A stretch of DNA of 64,000 nucleotides from Isurus oxyrinchus. Its lineage: Eukaryota. The position numbers were made by a program, and so were the translations under genes. Numbering within the stretch: position 1 is the stretch's first letter; every line of letters starts with the position of its first letter. The DNA lies in assembly GCA_026770705.1 (NCBI GenBank), contig JANJGN010000015.1:2418001-2482000 (forward strand), given 5' to 3'. Shown in pieces: positions 35,240-49,060 of this stretch. The notes under the pieces are model-generated. The model did not search any database. It was given only the letters and a program-made list of their open reading frames with translations, and had not been told where the DNA came from.

Positions 35240-36900
35240 CCATACAACTGCTCTGACTTGGATAGCCCTCAAAATCTGGCATGAGAATCATGATGTCCAA
35301 TTAACCTGTGCCAACTCAAAGTAATACAGGCAGCATGCAAACTTCCCACTGCCTGTCAATTATAATCACTGTGACCTCCAGGCCTGTGCTGAACACACTG
35401 CATACCTCAGCATGAGGCCCAATTCATGCAACTATTTAAAGCTAGCTTGCTCTATTTTAAAGCAAGACTGCAGCCCTCAAAGGTGGGGTGCATCCTGGCT
35501 ATAGCAGATGCTGTAAATGGTGTAAGAGGTGTGAAAGGAGGAAGAACAACAAAAATGACACAACAGACCCAACAGCATGTCCTAAGGTTCTATGATGCTG
35601 CCCTGGAGGCCTTGTTGCAGGAGGAAAGAGGTCAGCCTGCCTCAAAGGATCAGAAGTTCCTGAAGGCAGTTACCAAGAAAGCAGTGACAGCAGGTAGTCA
35701 TTGTGGTCAATGCCAGCAGTTTACCTCTGGGGACCAGAATGCAGGGTTAAAGGAAGTTTAATGACCTCACACAAGTGGTCAAGGTCAATGAATGCATTTT
35801 CAAATGCCAAATCCCACCAACTGCACCACGAGTCTCTTTCACTGCTCCATTTACCATACTCCCTTCACCCGCTATGAGTCCCGCCACTTTTCAAGTGGGC
35901 AGGGCTAAAATTACTTAACATTGTCTAAATTTCTGGCAAGCTGTCGTGCACTCATAGCTTAATTTCACCCTCACACAGTTAGCACTGCTGCAAGTCTCAC
36001 ACCCGCATCTCACAGATTGTACACAATGCTGACCATTCAACTGTTGCAGGCACATCACCCAAACACATTGCACCACACTCACTGATACACTTCCCCCTCT
36101 CTTGATGGGTAGTTAACCTACAATTGGCAGCAGCGGCTATCCCACAGAAGGCAAGCATAGCTATATGTGCTCTCCCCCATCCATGTACAATGCCGGAAAT
36201 CATTGTCACTGAGACAGTGATTTGCGGCAGGGCTGAAACTATATAGGATGATGATATTTTCCTGCCCAATCCACCTTTGAAAATGCCACTTCTGCCTCAT
36301 CTCACAACTTATCATGATTTTCAATATGCAGTTGCTGTAACTAACTTCCCCTTGCCTTCTAAGATAAAAGCAAAATACTGTGGATGCTGGAAATCTGAAA
36401 TAAAAACAGAATGCTGGAAAAACTCAGCAGGTCTGGCAACATCTGTGGAGAGAGCAGCAGCACTGAAGAATTCAAATGGACTCGAAATTTTAACTCTGTT
36501 TCTCTCTCCACAAATGCTGCCAGACCCGCTGAGTTTTTCCAGCATTTCCTGTTATTATTCCCCTTGTCTTACTTCACCCCCATCTGCTCTTGTGCCTTTC
36601 CCTTTCTGATGCCCAGGAACTAATGCCTGGCTAGACAGTGGTATGGAAGATTGAAAGCCTAGGTGAATAAGAAACTGATGAAGAAGAAACACTATTACTC
36701 AATTTGACACTCGCAGCCATCGATTCAGATACTGGCACTGTGTGTACTTTAGAGTAGCCCAGTTTCTGTACTTCCATTGGCCAGGCAAATTGCCAGAAAT
36801 TTAGAGCTATTATGGGTGAGTTTAGCTGGCCCACTTAGTGGAAACTGGGTAGTTCAAATTGCCTGTGGAACTCACCCACCAACACCGCACACCAAGTTCA
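35240..36900 (+). mobile_element. Old Harbinger element with Myb/SANT-like gene remnant
   Basis: LRFYDAALEALLQE...KEFNDLTQVVK and later ETDEEETLLLNLTLAAIDSDTG. A TIR-like gagctgaatcctcc lies just left of the LTR element at ~30376. Confidence 0.55.
36360..36552. mobile_element. Palindromic Penelope pLTR fragment
   Basis: aatgctggaaaaactcagcaggtctggca...tgccagacccgctgagtttttccagcattt, with a ctgaaga...gactcgaaa remnant in the loop. Confidence 0.7.
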
Positions 36901-36919
36901 GATTTTAATCTAATACAAT

Positions 36920-37700
36920 GGCAAAGCTTGTGGATACTGGAAATCCAAAATGAAAACAGAAAATGCTGGAAATATGCAACAGGTCAGGCAGCATAGAGAG
37001 AGAGAAGCAAAATCAACATGTCAGGTCAATGATTTTTCACCGGAATATGGAAAAGTTAGAGATGTAACAGGTATTAGACAAGTACAGAGATAGGGAAAGG
37101 GAGAGGAGCATAGGAACACAAGGAAAGGTCTGTGCTAGGACGGAAGACAGGAGAGATAAATGACAAAAGGGATGGTAGTCTAAGGCAAACGGAGATGGTA
37201 ATAGGAAAAGAAAGAAACATAAGATGGATCCAGAGGAGATATGAATGGCAAGAGCAGAATCATTATTTACTGCTGCTGTCTGGAAAAAATGGGAGCAGTG
37301 GTACGATCTGAAATCGTTGAACTCAATATCAAGACCAGAAGACAGTAAAGTGCCTTATTGAAAGATGAGGTACTGTTCCTTGAGCTTTTGTTGATCTTCA
37401 CTGCAGCAGTGTAGGACAATGAGGCAGAGAGGTCAGAATGGGAGTTGGGTGGAGAATTAAAATGAAAGGTGGAAGGAAACCCAAGGTCTTGCCTGTGTAC
37501 TGTATTCCAAAAAGCAGTCACCGAATCTGCATTTAGTGTCCCCAGAGTGGAGGAGATAGCATCATGAGTATCGAATACAATATACTAAATAGCAAGAAGC
37601 ACATGCAAATCGGAGTTTCAGCTGGGAAGATGTTTTGCAGCCTTGGTCAGTGGGAATGGAGGAAGTAAAAGGACAGGTGTTGTATCTCCTGCACTTGCAT
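36920..37700 (-). mobile_element. Old Penelope-like element 3' region
   Basis: pLTR-like start and a decayed GIY-YIG region homologous to 16000-16280. Confidence 0.7.
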
Positions 37701-38082
37701 TCTTTAACTATATAGGTTGGGTTCATTGGGCATGCCTGCCATTCTAACTAAAGGCTTGTGCAGGCAAGAGGAGTCAGGGCAGAGGAAGAGGCAAGTTTTT
37801 TTTACCAGTTCCATGGACTGGTGAATCATTAACCATATCTCAGATATGATCACTGCCTTCGGGAATGGAAAGATCATAAATGGAAAATACATTTTAAAAA
37901 GTTAAGATCAATACTGAAGGAATAAAGGGAGAGGTATGAGAATTTTAAAGGAAATTTTAAAAGGGAAATTACTTAATATATGAAAAACAATTTAAAGGGA
38001 TATGGAGTAAGGGCAGGGAAATAGGAGATGGTAGTCAATTCTTGCAGACCATACAGTCACCAATAGCTAAATCTCCTCTTTT

Positions 38083-38338
38083 TCTGACCTCTCTGCCTCA
38101 TTGTCCTACACTGCTCCAGTGAAGATCAACAAAAGCTCAAGGAACAGTACCTCATCTTTCAATAAGGCACTTTACTGTCTTCTGGTCTTGATATTGAGTT
38201 CAACGATTTCAGATCGTACCTCTGCTCCCATTTTTTCCAGACAGCAGCAGTAAATAATGATTCTGCTATTGCCATTCATATCTCTTCTGGATCCATCTTT
38301 TGTTTATTTCTTTTCCTATTACCATCTCTGTTTACCTT
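38083..38338 (+). repeat. Inverted duplicate of 37182-37438
   Basis: Near-identical reverse complement, with only scattered mismatches over ~255 bp. Confidence 0.85.
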
Positions 38339-39669
38339 GTAAAATTCTATTGCTCTGGTTAACATCTGCATGCCCATGGACAGGTTCTCACCCAAGAGTG
38401 TTGGGAAGAGGCAGCTCGGCTGTGTACAGGCTTAAGCAGTTGGAGGCTGCTGCAGGTAACTGATGGAATTCTCCTTGACACTCAAGTGTGTCAAATGAGG
38501 AAGATGTATGGGGAGGGGAAGCCCTGGACAATGGTGACCTAAACTGTTATTGTGGGTGTAAGAATATGGGCTTATGAGAAATTAGGTATTGCGAAAATTA
38601 AATCACCCCAATCTTTTCTATAAAACTACTGTTCTCCAAAAATACACTGCTTTGGACTATCTGCTGACTTCTGGCAAGTTCAGTATCACTTGATATTCTC
38701 AAAGAAAATAGGGGGGAAAAGAACAAAGTGAGTATAAAGGCCTACCAGTCCTACACAGGTTACCTTCCTTGCCTATTCCAATTGCCACCATCTATTTCCT
38801 ATTGCGTGTTTACTATCATGTTTCTTGGACCGCAGCCTTACCTCTTATCTCTTTCGATGTCTACAGGAATATGCAAAATTTTGTAAATTGCTGTAATATA
38901 ATCAAACATAATTCCCATTTACTATTTTCCAGCATCAAGATTTTCTAAATTGCAGTTTAATGTTAAGGTTGCTTGTCAGTGGGTTAATTACTTTGAATTT
39001 ACTTCTCAACTGGTAGAATTGCAAAAAGTTATGTTAAAAATCAATAATTCATTGATGGCTAGAACTCCTATTGTGCTAAAGGTCCAAAGTTGCGTCATCA
39101 ACCATGGAAACAGAAAATGAGTACAGAAAAATCTTGTGCTAAGGCCAAAGAGCACACAACAGAACTTGCTATGCCCATTCTTGTGTGGAATTCTCCAGAA
39201 TTCTGGTTTTTGGGGAATATCCCAGAAGGTTTGAACCTTTCTCGGTATAGAAGGGTCAGCAAGAACACGAGTCAGATGTAGACACGTACTTGAGTAGAAG
39301 GTAGGGGGAATGGGCCACACCTTCTACTATTCAAAGAACAATGTAACTCTCACTTGTTCTTAGTAAATTGCTGCTCAAATGCTGCAATGTATTAAATCTC
39401 ACTAATGCTTAAATAAAATCATAACTTATCAATTATGATGACAGCTTTGAACCATTGAACTAACGGTCCATTTCAATGATCTGCTAGCCCAGTTTCTGCC
39501 AAGGCTTCTGGATTTGAATTGATCCTTATGATTTCATGAATTATTTGTTTTGTTACAACCCTAGAACAGACTTCCAAGTTTTTGGGAAGATCTGGTTAGG
39601 GACCAATAATATTTTGTTTAAAGTAGATACTTGATAAGCGAATAAAGCCATAATATTCCACGGGTTTTG

Positions 39670-41350
39670 AACAAGTACTTGAATGAGTACTTTGCGTCTG
39701 CCTTTACAAAGGAAGAACTTGCTATCAGGCCGGGGTGAGAGAGGAGGTAACTGGTACACTAGAAGAACTTACAATTCAGAGGAAGGAGGTGTTGGAAAGG
39801 CTATCTTTACTTAAAATAGATAAGTTACCAGGACCGGATGAGATGCATCCAAGGTTACTGAGAGAAGTGAGAGTGGAAATTGCAGAGGCACTAGTGATAA
39901 TTTTCCAGTCTTCCTTAGACACAGGGGAGGTGCCAGGGGACTGGAGAGCTGTGAATGTTACACCCTTGTTCAAAAAGGAGCGCAAGGATAAAGCCGGCAA
40001 CTACAGACCAGTCAGTTTGGCCTCAGTGGTAGGGAAACTTCAGGTTTAAAATAAAATCAATAATCGCTTAGACATGGTAATTAAGGAATGCCAACATGGG
40101 TTCATCAGGAAAAATCATGTTTAACTAACTTGCTGGAGGTTTTTGAGGAGGTAACAGAGAAGGATGATAAAGGAAACACTGTTGATGTGGTGTATATGGA
40201 TTTTCAAAAGGCATTTGATACAGTGCCACACAACAGACTTGTGAGCAAAATTCTGGCTCTTGGAATAAAAGGGAAAGTTGGCACTTGGATAAGAAATCGG
40301 CTGAGTGACAGGAAACAAAGAGTAGTGATAAATAGTTATTTTTCAGATTGGAGGAAGGTCTGTAGTGGAGTTCCTCAGGGGTCAGTGTTGGGACCCTTGC
40401 TCTATCTGATATATATTAATGACCTAGACTGTGGTGTGCTGGGCATGATTTCAAAATTTGTAGATGATATGAAGTTTGGAAATGTTGTCAACTGTGATGG
40501 GGATAGTCTTGAACTTCAAAAGGACATAGACATGTTGGTGGATTGGACAGATAAGTGGCAGATGAAGTTCGCTGCAGACAAATGTGAGATAATTCATTTT
40601 GGCAGGAAAGATATGTGAGACAGTATAAAATAAAGGGAGAGCCTCTAAAGGAGGCGCAGGAACGGAGGGACCTTGGTGTATATGTCATTGAAGATGGCAG
40701 GACATGTTGAGAGAGCAGTTAATAAAGCATATAGTATCTTAGGCTTTATTAATAGGGGCATTGAGTACAAGATTAAGGAGGTCATATTGAACTTGCATAA
40801 GGCACTAGTTAGGTCTCATCTGGAGTACTGCGTCCAGTTGTGGACACCATACTTGAGGAAGGATGTGAAGGTATTGGAAAGAGTACAGAGGAGATTCACA
40901 AGAATGATTCCTGGGATAAAGAACTGTAGCTTTGAGGATAGATTGGAGAGGTTGGGTCTGTTTTCCTTGGAGAAAAGAAGGCTGACATGAGACTTGATAG
41001 AGGTATTCAAAATCCTGAGGGATATGGACAGGGAAGAAACTGTTCCCACTCAAGACAGCATCAAGAACTAGAGGTCACAGATTCAAAATAATTGGCAAAA
41101 GGGGTAAATGTGATGTGAGGAAAACATTTTTCACCAGAGGGTGGTTGGAGTCTGGAACAAACTTCCTGAAAGGGGGTGAAGGCAAGTTTGATCAAGGTAT
41201 TCAAAAGGGAATTGGATTGCTACCTGCAAAGAGAGAATGTACAAGGTTATGGGGATAAGGCGGGGGAGTGGGACTAGGTGGAATGCTGTATAAGAGAGCC
41301 AGTGCAGATTCAATAGGCTGAATGGCCTCCTTCTGCACTGTGATACTATG
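39670..41350 (+). mobile_element. 5'-truncated CR1 LINE, frameshifted
   Basis: PGPDEMHPRLLRE, GNYRPVSL, MDFQKAFD, GVPQGSVLGP, FVDD, LVRSHLEYCVQLW; CR1 3' UTR ggctgaatggcctccttctgcactg. Confidence 0.92.
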
Positions 41351-42325
41351 AAAAATAAACTTTACTATACAAGGTCAGAAAAATAAAACCATTTACGATA
41401 TTTATCTTATACTCTAAAATTCAGGGTTGACCTGAGGTACATGTGATGAACAAGCAAACTGTGATCAGACACACCACACTACACAATAAATGACAGATGC
41501 GATCAAGATAGATTCCATGGATTTCTCAACAACCCACCCAGATGTCAGTAAACACTGTGAGTCAGTTAGTCTCACTGAAACTGTCCCTGTCACGAGGGAA
41601 TCCAGTCTTCACTTTCAAAGATCTCGTCTTGGAATTCTCTCCAAAAGTCACTCCCATATGGATAACATCAATGATGGACCATCTTACAGGGTTTCAATCT
41701 CATCTCCCAAGACTCTATTCCCCTGGATTCCCGAATATGCACTCAAGCACCAACTCACAAGCACAACTTCAGCTTTTTGGCTATGACAAGCAGAATATCA
41801 CTGCTCCAAAAGGTACCTTTGCCCAATAGCCCGCAACACAGAGTCACCAACCTTCTGCTGCCTTCTTGGACCTTCAGGGCTTGTCCTGAGCCTTCCTCCC
41901 TTCAACTCTGCCAATCGCAGCCCTTTCTCTGATCGGAACCTCCATCTCTGCTCTTCTCTTTCTTTCCTTAACTGAACTGGGACTTGTCTCTGTCCCCTGT
42001 CTGGGACTCCTCTTTTTTTGGGACCCCTCCCTGCCCCCTCTCTGTTTGGAACCTCTCCCTGTCTCCTCTTCCTGTCCCCTGCCTGGGACTCTTCCCTACA
42101 ATGGTGCTCTGCTCCCTGTTACATGTCCTGGGTTTTCACACCATTTTTTCCTTGGGCCCTTCCTTGGCCCAAAGAACTTAAAATGCTGAATAGTGCGTAC
42201 GTAGCCTACTCCCAGTCCGGAGACGCATGGAAACTCCAGAGTCTGCTGGGACTTGGAATTCCCAACCTCTGCTTTTGACTTTAAGGTAAGTCGGATTGGT
42301 GGAAACTAAAATAGAATTACGTCAA
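41350..42325 (-). mobile_element. Probable LTR-like repeat
   Basis: LTR-like composition with internal ctgtcccctg-ctgggactc repeats. Boundaries are uncertain. Confidence 0.35.
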
Positions 42326-42667
42326 GGCTGATGATTTTAGTTTGTAACACATGGGGAAAGGTGGTGGGATATCTTGCCCCTTTTTTCCCTCATCTCTCAG
42401 CTGACTGCAACAAGATATGTTTTTGAGAAGGAGTCTTTTAAATCTTTTGAGTGTTGTGATTTAAAAAAAATAGACACAAACAGGCTTTCTGGTAAGTTTA
42501 CATCAAAAGAAAGGATAAACATTTATTTACATAATACCCAAAAAGTAAATGCAATGAAACACCCACTCCCTCAAACACACAGACGCACATACACACAAGA
42601 AAAGATGAGTTCTGGAGATGAAACAGGTACTAGATTATTAATAGAGTGACAAGGAACTAGTCACATT

Positions 42668-43959
42668 TGTTAGGAAGTAGAGATAGTTTAACTAAGTTAT
42701 ACTGGTATTTGTAAGTGTTAGGGATGAACTTTAGCTTTAAAATTTAAGTTTGATTTGTAGTTCTGCATTTGTGTGTTAAGAAAGGTAACATTGAGTTTTA
42801 GTTGCCTGCATTTCTAATGAGGTTTTTAAGATTGTTGCAGCTAAAGTAAACAAACAAGAGTAGAAGAATTGGGCTGTTGCCTAGCAACAGGGGTCCAGAG
42901 AGGCAGGTCCCTCCCACAGCCACACACGGGAGAAGAGAAACAACAATTTGATTTTGGAAGCTGTTTGAGGTTCAGTTGGTTTTAAAAGAAGCTGCCAGGA
43001 GTGACAGGAGCAAAGGAGGCAGATAGTAAGTCCCAAGGTAAAGAAAAACCCCAAGAATCTAGGGGAGTTGAACAGGAGAAAGTCCCAAGCAGACCATCTG
43101 GTCAAAGGACACGAACCTGTAAAAGGTCCTGTTAAGTGAAGTTAAGAGCGAGGGGCAGAGAGAAAGGCTCTAAGCTTCAGATTTAAAGAGGCTCAAAAGC
43201 TGCAGAAAGCAGATTTAAAATGAGAACACCTTACAAGAGGCAAGAAGGTCCAAAGAGATGGCTGAAGGTCTGTAACTCTTTGCTATGGGCATGTGACACA
43301 GTGGTGTACTGTTAATGCTGAGTTGGTGAGACAGAGAGCATGGAAGACGGCTTGAATGCATATGGCGATGCAGGGAAGAGGATCATTGGAAGGAGAGTTT
43401 GAAACCCTAGAGGTGAACCCTTGTGGAAAGCATCTGAGAGAAAGTGTCAGTTTCGGGGAAGATTCCAAAGCGAGGTCTTAGAGAGTAAAGATTGGAAATC
43501 CTTATGTAAAAGACAGAGTGTGGTGAAACCAGTTGGCTCACGGTGTGACAAGCATCTGAGGGGAGTTGAGGAGAGATTGATACCATCTGCTTGAGGTGGC
43601 ATTTGTCACTTGGTTTCAGAGTGTGGTGTGTCTGACCACAGGGTGCCTATTGGTACATGGACTATGTACTTACTGTGGACACTAGGGTATGAGATAGGTT
43701 TTGTAACTTGTGTTATCTTTAAAAATCTGTATATATTTGTAAAGGTATAGTTGTGGGTGAAGGAGTATTGTAATATAATTCATCTTTTCTTCTTTAATAA
43801 AAGTTTTATTCTTTTGTTAAAAGGTCATTAGCTGACTCCAGTGACTCTGTTCAGCAGCCACTCTCCACATATCTAAACAAACAAATACAATTTAGGATCT
43901 AGCAAGCTGGATCTGGGATTAGGCTTGACCAGGGGTGACCTCAGCTGGGGATCATAACA
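42668..43959 (+). mobile_element. Solo LTR (family B)
   Basis: TGTTAG...ATAACA, colinear with 19307-21215 minus the MITE. Flanks CATT/TGTT. Confidence 0.85.
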
Positions 43960-44086
43960 TGTTTAAGATGAAAAGCAATCCAGGCCTGAAGGATTCTTTC
44001 TCTCGTTTGTTTGAAGACAATGGAGGTTAGAGGTTTCTTGGTTTTCCTGTGAAATTGTGGCTGAGCTTCTGTAGAACAGAAATATG

Positions 44087-46778
44087 GGGTGGAAATTTCC
44101 ATTCTGGAGACTGTGCGGTTGTGGGCTGGTTATACATGAACCAAGGGGAATTTCACCATTTTGGGGAACTGTTTTGAACAGACCAATTTGGGGTTGTTTT
44201 ACCATCTTGGGGAGAATGTGGAAAATATGAGCTACCACATCCCTAGATAAGTGAAGACATCTGTGGCACTGTTTTTTGCTCATCTCCATGTATGAGATGT
44301 GTCTTCCATAGACCTTCGGTCATGCCAAATGTCCTTATGGATTTGGCCCCTCCTCATCAGGAGCTTTCCTGGGGCTCTTGTTCCTCAGGGCGACACTCTT
44401 CCCTGAGCTGTGTCAATTGGCGAGGGGCCCTTCTCCTCATTCTAATCAAGACTATTAAGAAGGCAGCATTGCTTCAGCCTGCATTCTCTACTCCACCTTG
44501 TTTCTGTGAATGGATACAATTAAGCAATCAATGGTAGTTTCCTTTGAATTGCCTTCATCCATATACAAGGCAGCTATGCATTCTCCAGCCCTTGACTTTC
44601 CCTTAGTCTGCACATGCATACCAAATCCACCTCTTGCAGGACGATAACATCCTGGAGGACTACAGTGGATGATCTTCCCCCTCAGACGTGAAAGTGCATT
44701 CACAATGAGGGACTTCATGAGGGTCAAAAGATCCAAGTCCTAGGAGCCACAGTCAACCTTGTGTTGGTTGTGTTCCAGTGGCTTTTACAACAACTATGAA
44801 TACCCAGTCCTTGTACTTATGTCCTGACTGCAAACATGCTGCCTTGAACCCCTGACCAATGCACTGGGAAGATGGAGGTTCGCAGGGCTCATGCTGTCTC
44901 TGCCATTGATTCTTATAGCTTGCATCCATTCTGATATGCCCATGTAGGGGTCAAATGCCAATTAAGACCATATGCACCGCAGCACCTATACTTAATGTAT
45001 TCTCACCTGAATGTGCACCATTCCTGCAGTGCAGGAATTCACCAAGGCTCCTTCGACAGCACCTACCAAACCCATGACCGCTACCATCTATAAGGACAAG
45101 GGCAGCAGATAGATGGGAACACCACCACTTGGAAGTTCCCCTCCAAGCCACACACCATCTTGACTTGGAAATATATCGCGGTTATATATATATCGAAATA
45201 TACTGTCATTGGGTCAAAATCCTGGATCTCTCTCCCTAACAGCACTGTGGGTGTACCTACACCACAGGGACTGCAGCGGTTCAAGAAGGCAGCTCACCAC
45301 CACCTTCTCAAGGGCAACTAGGGATGGGCAATAAATGCTGGCCCAGCCAGCAAAACACACATCCCGTGTATAAATAAAAAGAAGTATTGATGGAGCCAAG
45401 CTCATTCATTGTGCATGAGACCCTCTAGTCCAGCACTTAGCTGAGCCATGCTCTCCATGGTTTGAGCAAGAAAATTATAGGGTACCCCTTCACTTGGCCA
45501 AGATTTACTGTGCTGAACTCCTCCTACAAATCTTGAGATCCCTCCCCGACTGATCTTTTGCTAGCTTGATTTTCGAATTGCGTCATTGCAAAGCGAACTT
45601 GAAGATGGTACTGCTGACCTTCATGTGGGAAACCAGCTTCCAACCTCCCACTATCACCCACCAAATCCCTCTTGTCCTCACCCCCTCCTAATTCTCCATC
45701 CTCCCACTATCCAGCCTCCCCCTGTTAACCTTAAACCCATCATTATCCATGTTAATAATCCTGTCCTCCTCGCTGAACCCTTTGATGTTGATGCTCCTAT
45801 ACTCTTTGTCAGATTCCCCCCACCTTTTCGAGGCCACACCTTTTCGAGGCACCCTAACTTTCTGGGACACCCCTCACCGCCCAATGAGATCATACAATAC
45901 ACCCCTTCTTCAGCTACCAATTTATAGGATGCAGATGCCTCCCCTGACCATGGCTGTGCTATCTGTCTCACAGTCCCATGCCTCTTACCCCCAGGACCAA
46001 ATTCCTAGGGCAACTGACCATGCTGTGCATGACCGTCACCATCCAGAGAGGCCTTCCTCCACAAGAGACCGGGCCAAGACATGTGTACCATGCAGAGCCC
46101 TCTAACATGGCCCGCACAGCCCCAAGACACTCTCTTCAATATGCCCCCGACAGCTTGGCTTCAGCCCCAGGACAGTCTCTGACTCCTCCCTGGACAGTCT
46201 TATAACTCTTGCCACAGGACAGTCTTTCACTACTGCACTCTGTTCCTTGATCACCCCCTAGTCCTTCCTCTGTTTTTCCCCTTTCCTCTTGTGTTCCTCT
46301 ACCACCCCCCACCCAAGTCCTGCCTCCATCGTCCCCCTCCCTCTGGTATTGCTTCCCACGCCCAACTTCTGATTCAAGCTGAAAATTTTGCAGCAATGCT
46401 TTTAAAGGTAGGTGAAAGCAGCATCTATGTACCTTGAAGTCAGTGATGAAGTGAAACTTGCCAGGTGCACTTATATACAGTCGGGAAACTGACCATTCTA
46501 ATTATCCATTGGCAGGGTGCTTAATTTGGAGGGGGAACGTGATTCTGGTGAGTTGGCCTTTTAATGAGCATTCATGAGATGCAATTAAATGCATGTGGTT
46601 CCTGACACAGATCAGTGGGAAACACGTCCCCCCGCCTTTTGCCTGCCATCAAAGTCAGGAGAACAAAATTCCAAACTAATATTTCGCTGGTCGGAAACTG
46701 ACTTTCTCCATCACACCAAATTTAGTTCTCCTGACCGCCACGATTTCAGTCACTGGCATGAGCAGAAAATTCTGTCCA
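44087..46778 (-). mobile_element. Decayed Harbinger element with a HARBI1-like transposase N-terminal remnant
   Basis: TIR-like ends ggggtggaaattt / aaaattctgtcc. Minus strand reads MSKKQCHRCLHLSRDVVAHIFHIL. Contains a LINE-A tail insertion. Confidence 0.5.
45022..45382 (+). mobile_element. LINE-A 3' end
   Basis: Matches 1765-2097. Confidence 0.85.
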
Positions 46779-46991
46779 AAATCATGCAGGTGAAGACAAA
46801 TGATCCCCTTTTCAGTGCCTGACAAGGACTTCCTGTATGAGGCAGGGTGCTGAGGGGATGTCAATTTGCATCTGGAAAACCCTTTGCGTTAAGTAACTTC
46901 CCAGATATTTTGTCTCTGTCCAGAAGCCACAAACAGAAGTCACCTGATTTTCCAGGAATTATTTTGACACAAACAGTGTTCATTATTCCAT

Positions 46992-47335
46992 AACAAAAAC
47001 AGAATTACCTGGAAAAACTCAGCAGGTCTGGCAGCATCGGCGGAGAAGAAAAGAGTTGACGTTTCGAGTCCTCATGACCCTTCTGTCTGGCAGCATCGGC
47101 GGAGAAGAAAAGAGTTGACGTTTCGAGTCCTCATGACCCTTCTGTCTGGCAGCATCGGCGGAGAAGAAAAGAGTTGACTTTTCGAGTCCTCATGACCCTT
47201 CTGTCGAAGGGTCATGAGGACTCGAAACGTCAACTCTTTTCTTCTCCGCCGATGCTGCCAGACCTGCTGAGTTTTTCCAGGTAATTCTGTTTTTGTTTTG
47301 GATTTCCAGCATCCGCAGTTTTCTTTGTTTTTATC
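46992..47335. mobile_element. Very young Penelope pLTR fold-back insertion with a 3x59-bp tandem
   Basis: 15-bp TSD TGTTCATTATTCCAT (46977-46991 and 47336-47350), essentially perfect inverted arms, and three tandem copies at ~47027-47204. Confidence 0.9.
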
Positions 47336-48709
47336 TGTTCATTATTCCATGTTGCTTTCTTTTTAAAAATACAAAGTCCCCCGTCCAATTATCTTTATGG
47401 GCCTCACCTGAACGTCACAAGTCAACCATCTTTTATTCAGAATGTCAGTCTGAACTTCTGGCACATACCACACAAAACTCGGCAGAGTATCAAATTGGCT
47501 TTACTTATAAACAACATGACACCGTTCACTGTGCATAAATGATGCATGACCTGGGCAGCCATTCAAGTAACATAAAGAGAAGCATAAGCAACTTAAAGCT
47601 CCTACTTCCCTTTGATTTGAATGTTGCTTAGATCTTCTGCTCACTCATGTGCAGTCTAACAGGGACAGCGGTGCTGCGAAGGACACTCCAAGCTTTGCTC
47701 AGCTGGGCATAGATGCTGCATCTTGAAGGCTGTTGACAAACAGGTTACTTCTGAAGCAGCAACAAGGAATGTGTAATTTATTGACAGGATTCCAGCTGCA
47801 CTACATGCACTTGCAGAGAGCTTGGAGGATTCCATCTCAAGTAGAATGGCATAATGTTGCAGGCCTTTGAAATGATCTCTTCGTCGATGAAAGGAGTAGC
47901 TACCTGCATGGAGTATCCAATGCAGTAATGAAACAAGGACATGCAGGCCTTCACCAATGGCTTGCATTGTACCTATGCAACTTAAACCGTATGATCAAAA
48001 CACTGCTTATCACCCTAGTGATCTTCAGCCAAATGTCCTTCAACTCATTTTTATCAGGAAAGTATGGATGAGACATGGAAGGGATGATGGCGAAAGGGGA
48101 CATGGAAGTGGACAGTCGGCTCAAAGCACTTCACTTCTCACCCATTGTCCCCCATCTCCAAGTACCCTCTTGTGTCCTGATGGCCAAGTCTGCCTGTGCC
48201 CAGGTGCAGGTGGAACAGTGTTTGTTGGAGCCCTAATGGACTCCAAAACCCAGAAGATGTCAGCTAAGAGTATCTCAGCAGTCAGAGCAGGGATCTGAGC
48301 AGTCTGCCTCTACCTCCACTGATGTTGCAGCATGTAGAAATGCTAGGAAAAGGAAGAGTAAAGATTTGTAGCTCAGTATGTACAACATTGTTAGAATGTC
48401 ATGTTTCTATTTCTGAGCCACATAAATATTATTCCCCTGCACCGCTTTCATGTCTTTTCCATTCTCGGTTGCTGCCTGGAAAAAAGGCTTTTTCAGCTGT
48501 CAGATAATGAATGGGAAGACATAAATTATGTGAAGTGCCGTGAGATGTTTTACTACATTAAAAAGGCACTATATTATTGCAAATTGGTGTTGTTCATCTG
48601 ATCCTGTCTGTTTCCTGCTGAGATGGTTATATTAAAATGACCTCCCAATGAGTTACTATGACGTACAATGGCTCTCATTATGTACACAAACAATTGTGGT
48701 ATATATAAC

Positions 48710-49060
48710 TTTTATTCATTCATGGGACGTGGGCATCGCTGACTGGGCCAGCAGTTATTGGCTATCACAAATTGCCCTTGTTTTGAGGGCATTTTGCTGT
48801 GGGTCTGGAGTCACATGTAGGCCAGACCAGGTAAGGACAGCAGATTTCCTTCCCTAAAGAACATTAGTGACCCAGATGGGTTTCTACAACAATCGCCAAT
48901 GGTTTCATGGTCATTATTAGAGTTTTTTAATTCCAGATTTTTTAAAATTGAATTCAAATGAATTCAAGTTCATGATGGAATTTGAACCCAGGTCCCCAGA
49001 GCATTACCCTGAGTCTCTGGATTACTAGCCCAGTGACAATACCGCTACACTAACACCTCC
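48710..49060 (-). mobile_element. tRNA-derived SINE (LINE-A tail family)
   Basis: Matches 15545-15903. Confidence 0.8.

Noticed and set aside
45586-46396. Cluster of overlapping Pro/Gly-rich ORFs
   Set aside because: Explained by C-rich strand bias inside a decayed transposon. No recognisable motifs.
47027-47204. Three direct repeats resembling a CRISPR array
   Set aside because: The units are contiguous with no spacers, match Penelope pLTR sequence elsewhere in the window, and the context is eukaryotic with no cas genes.
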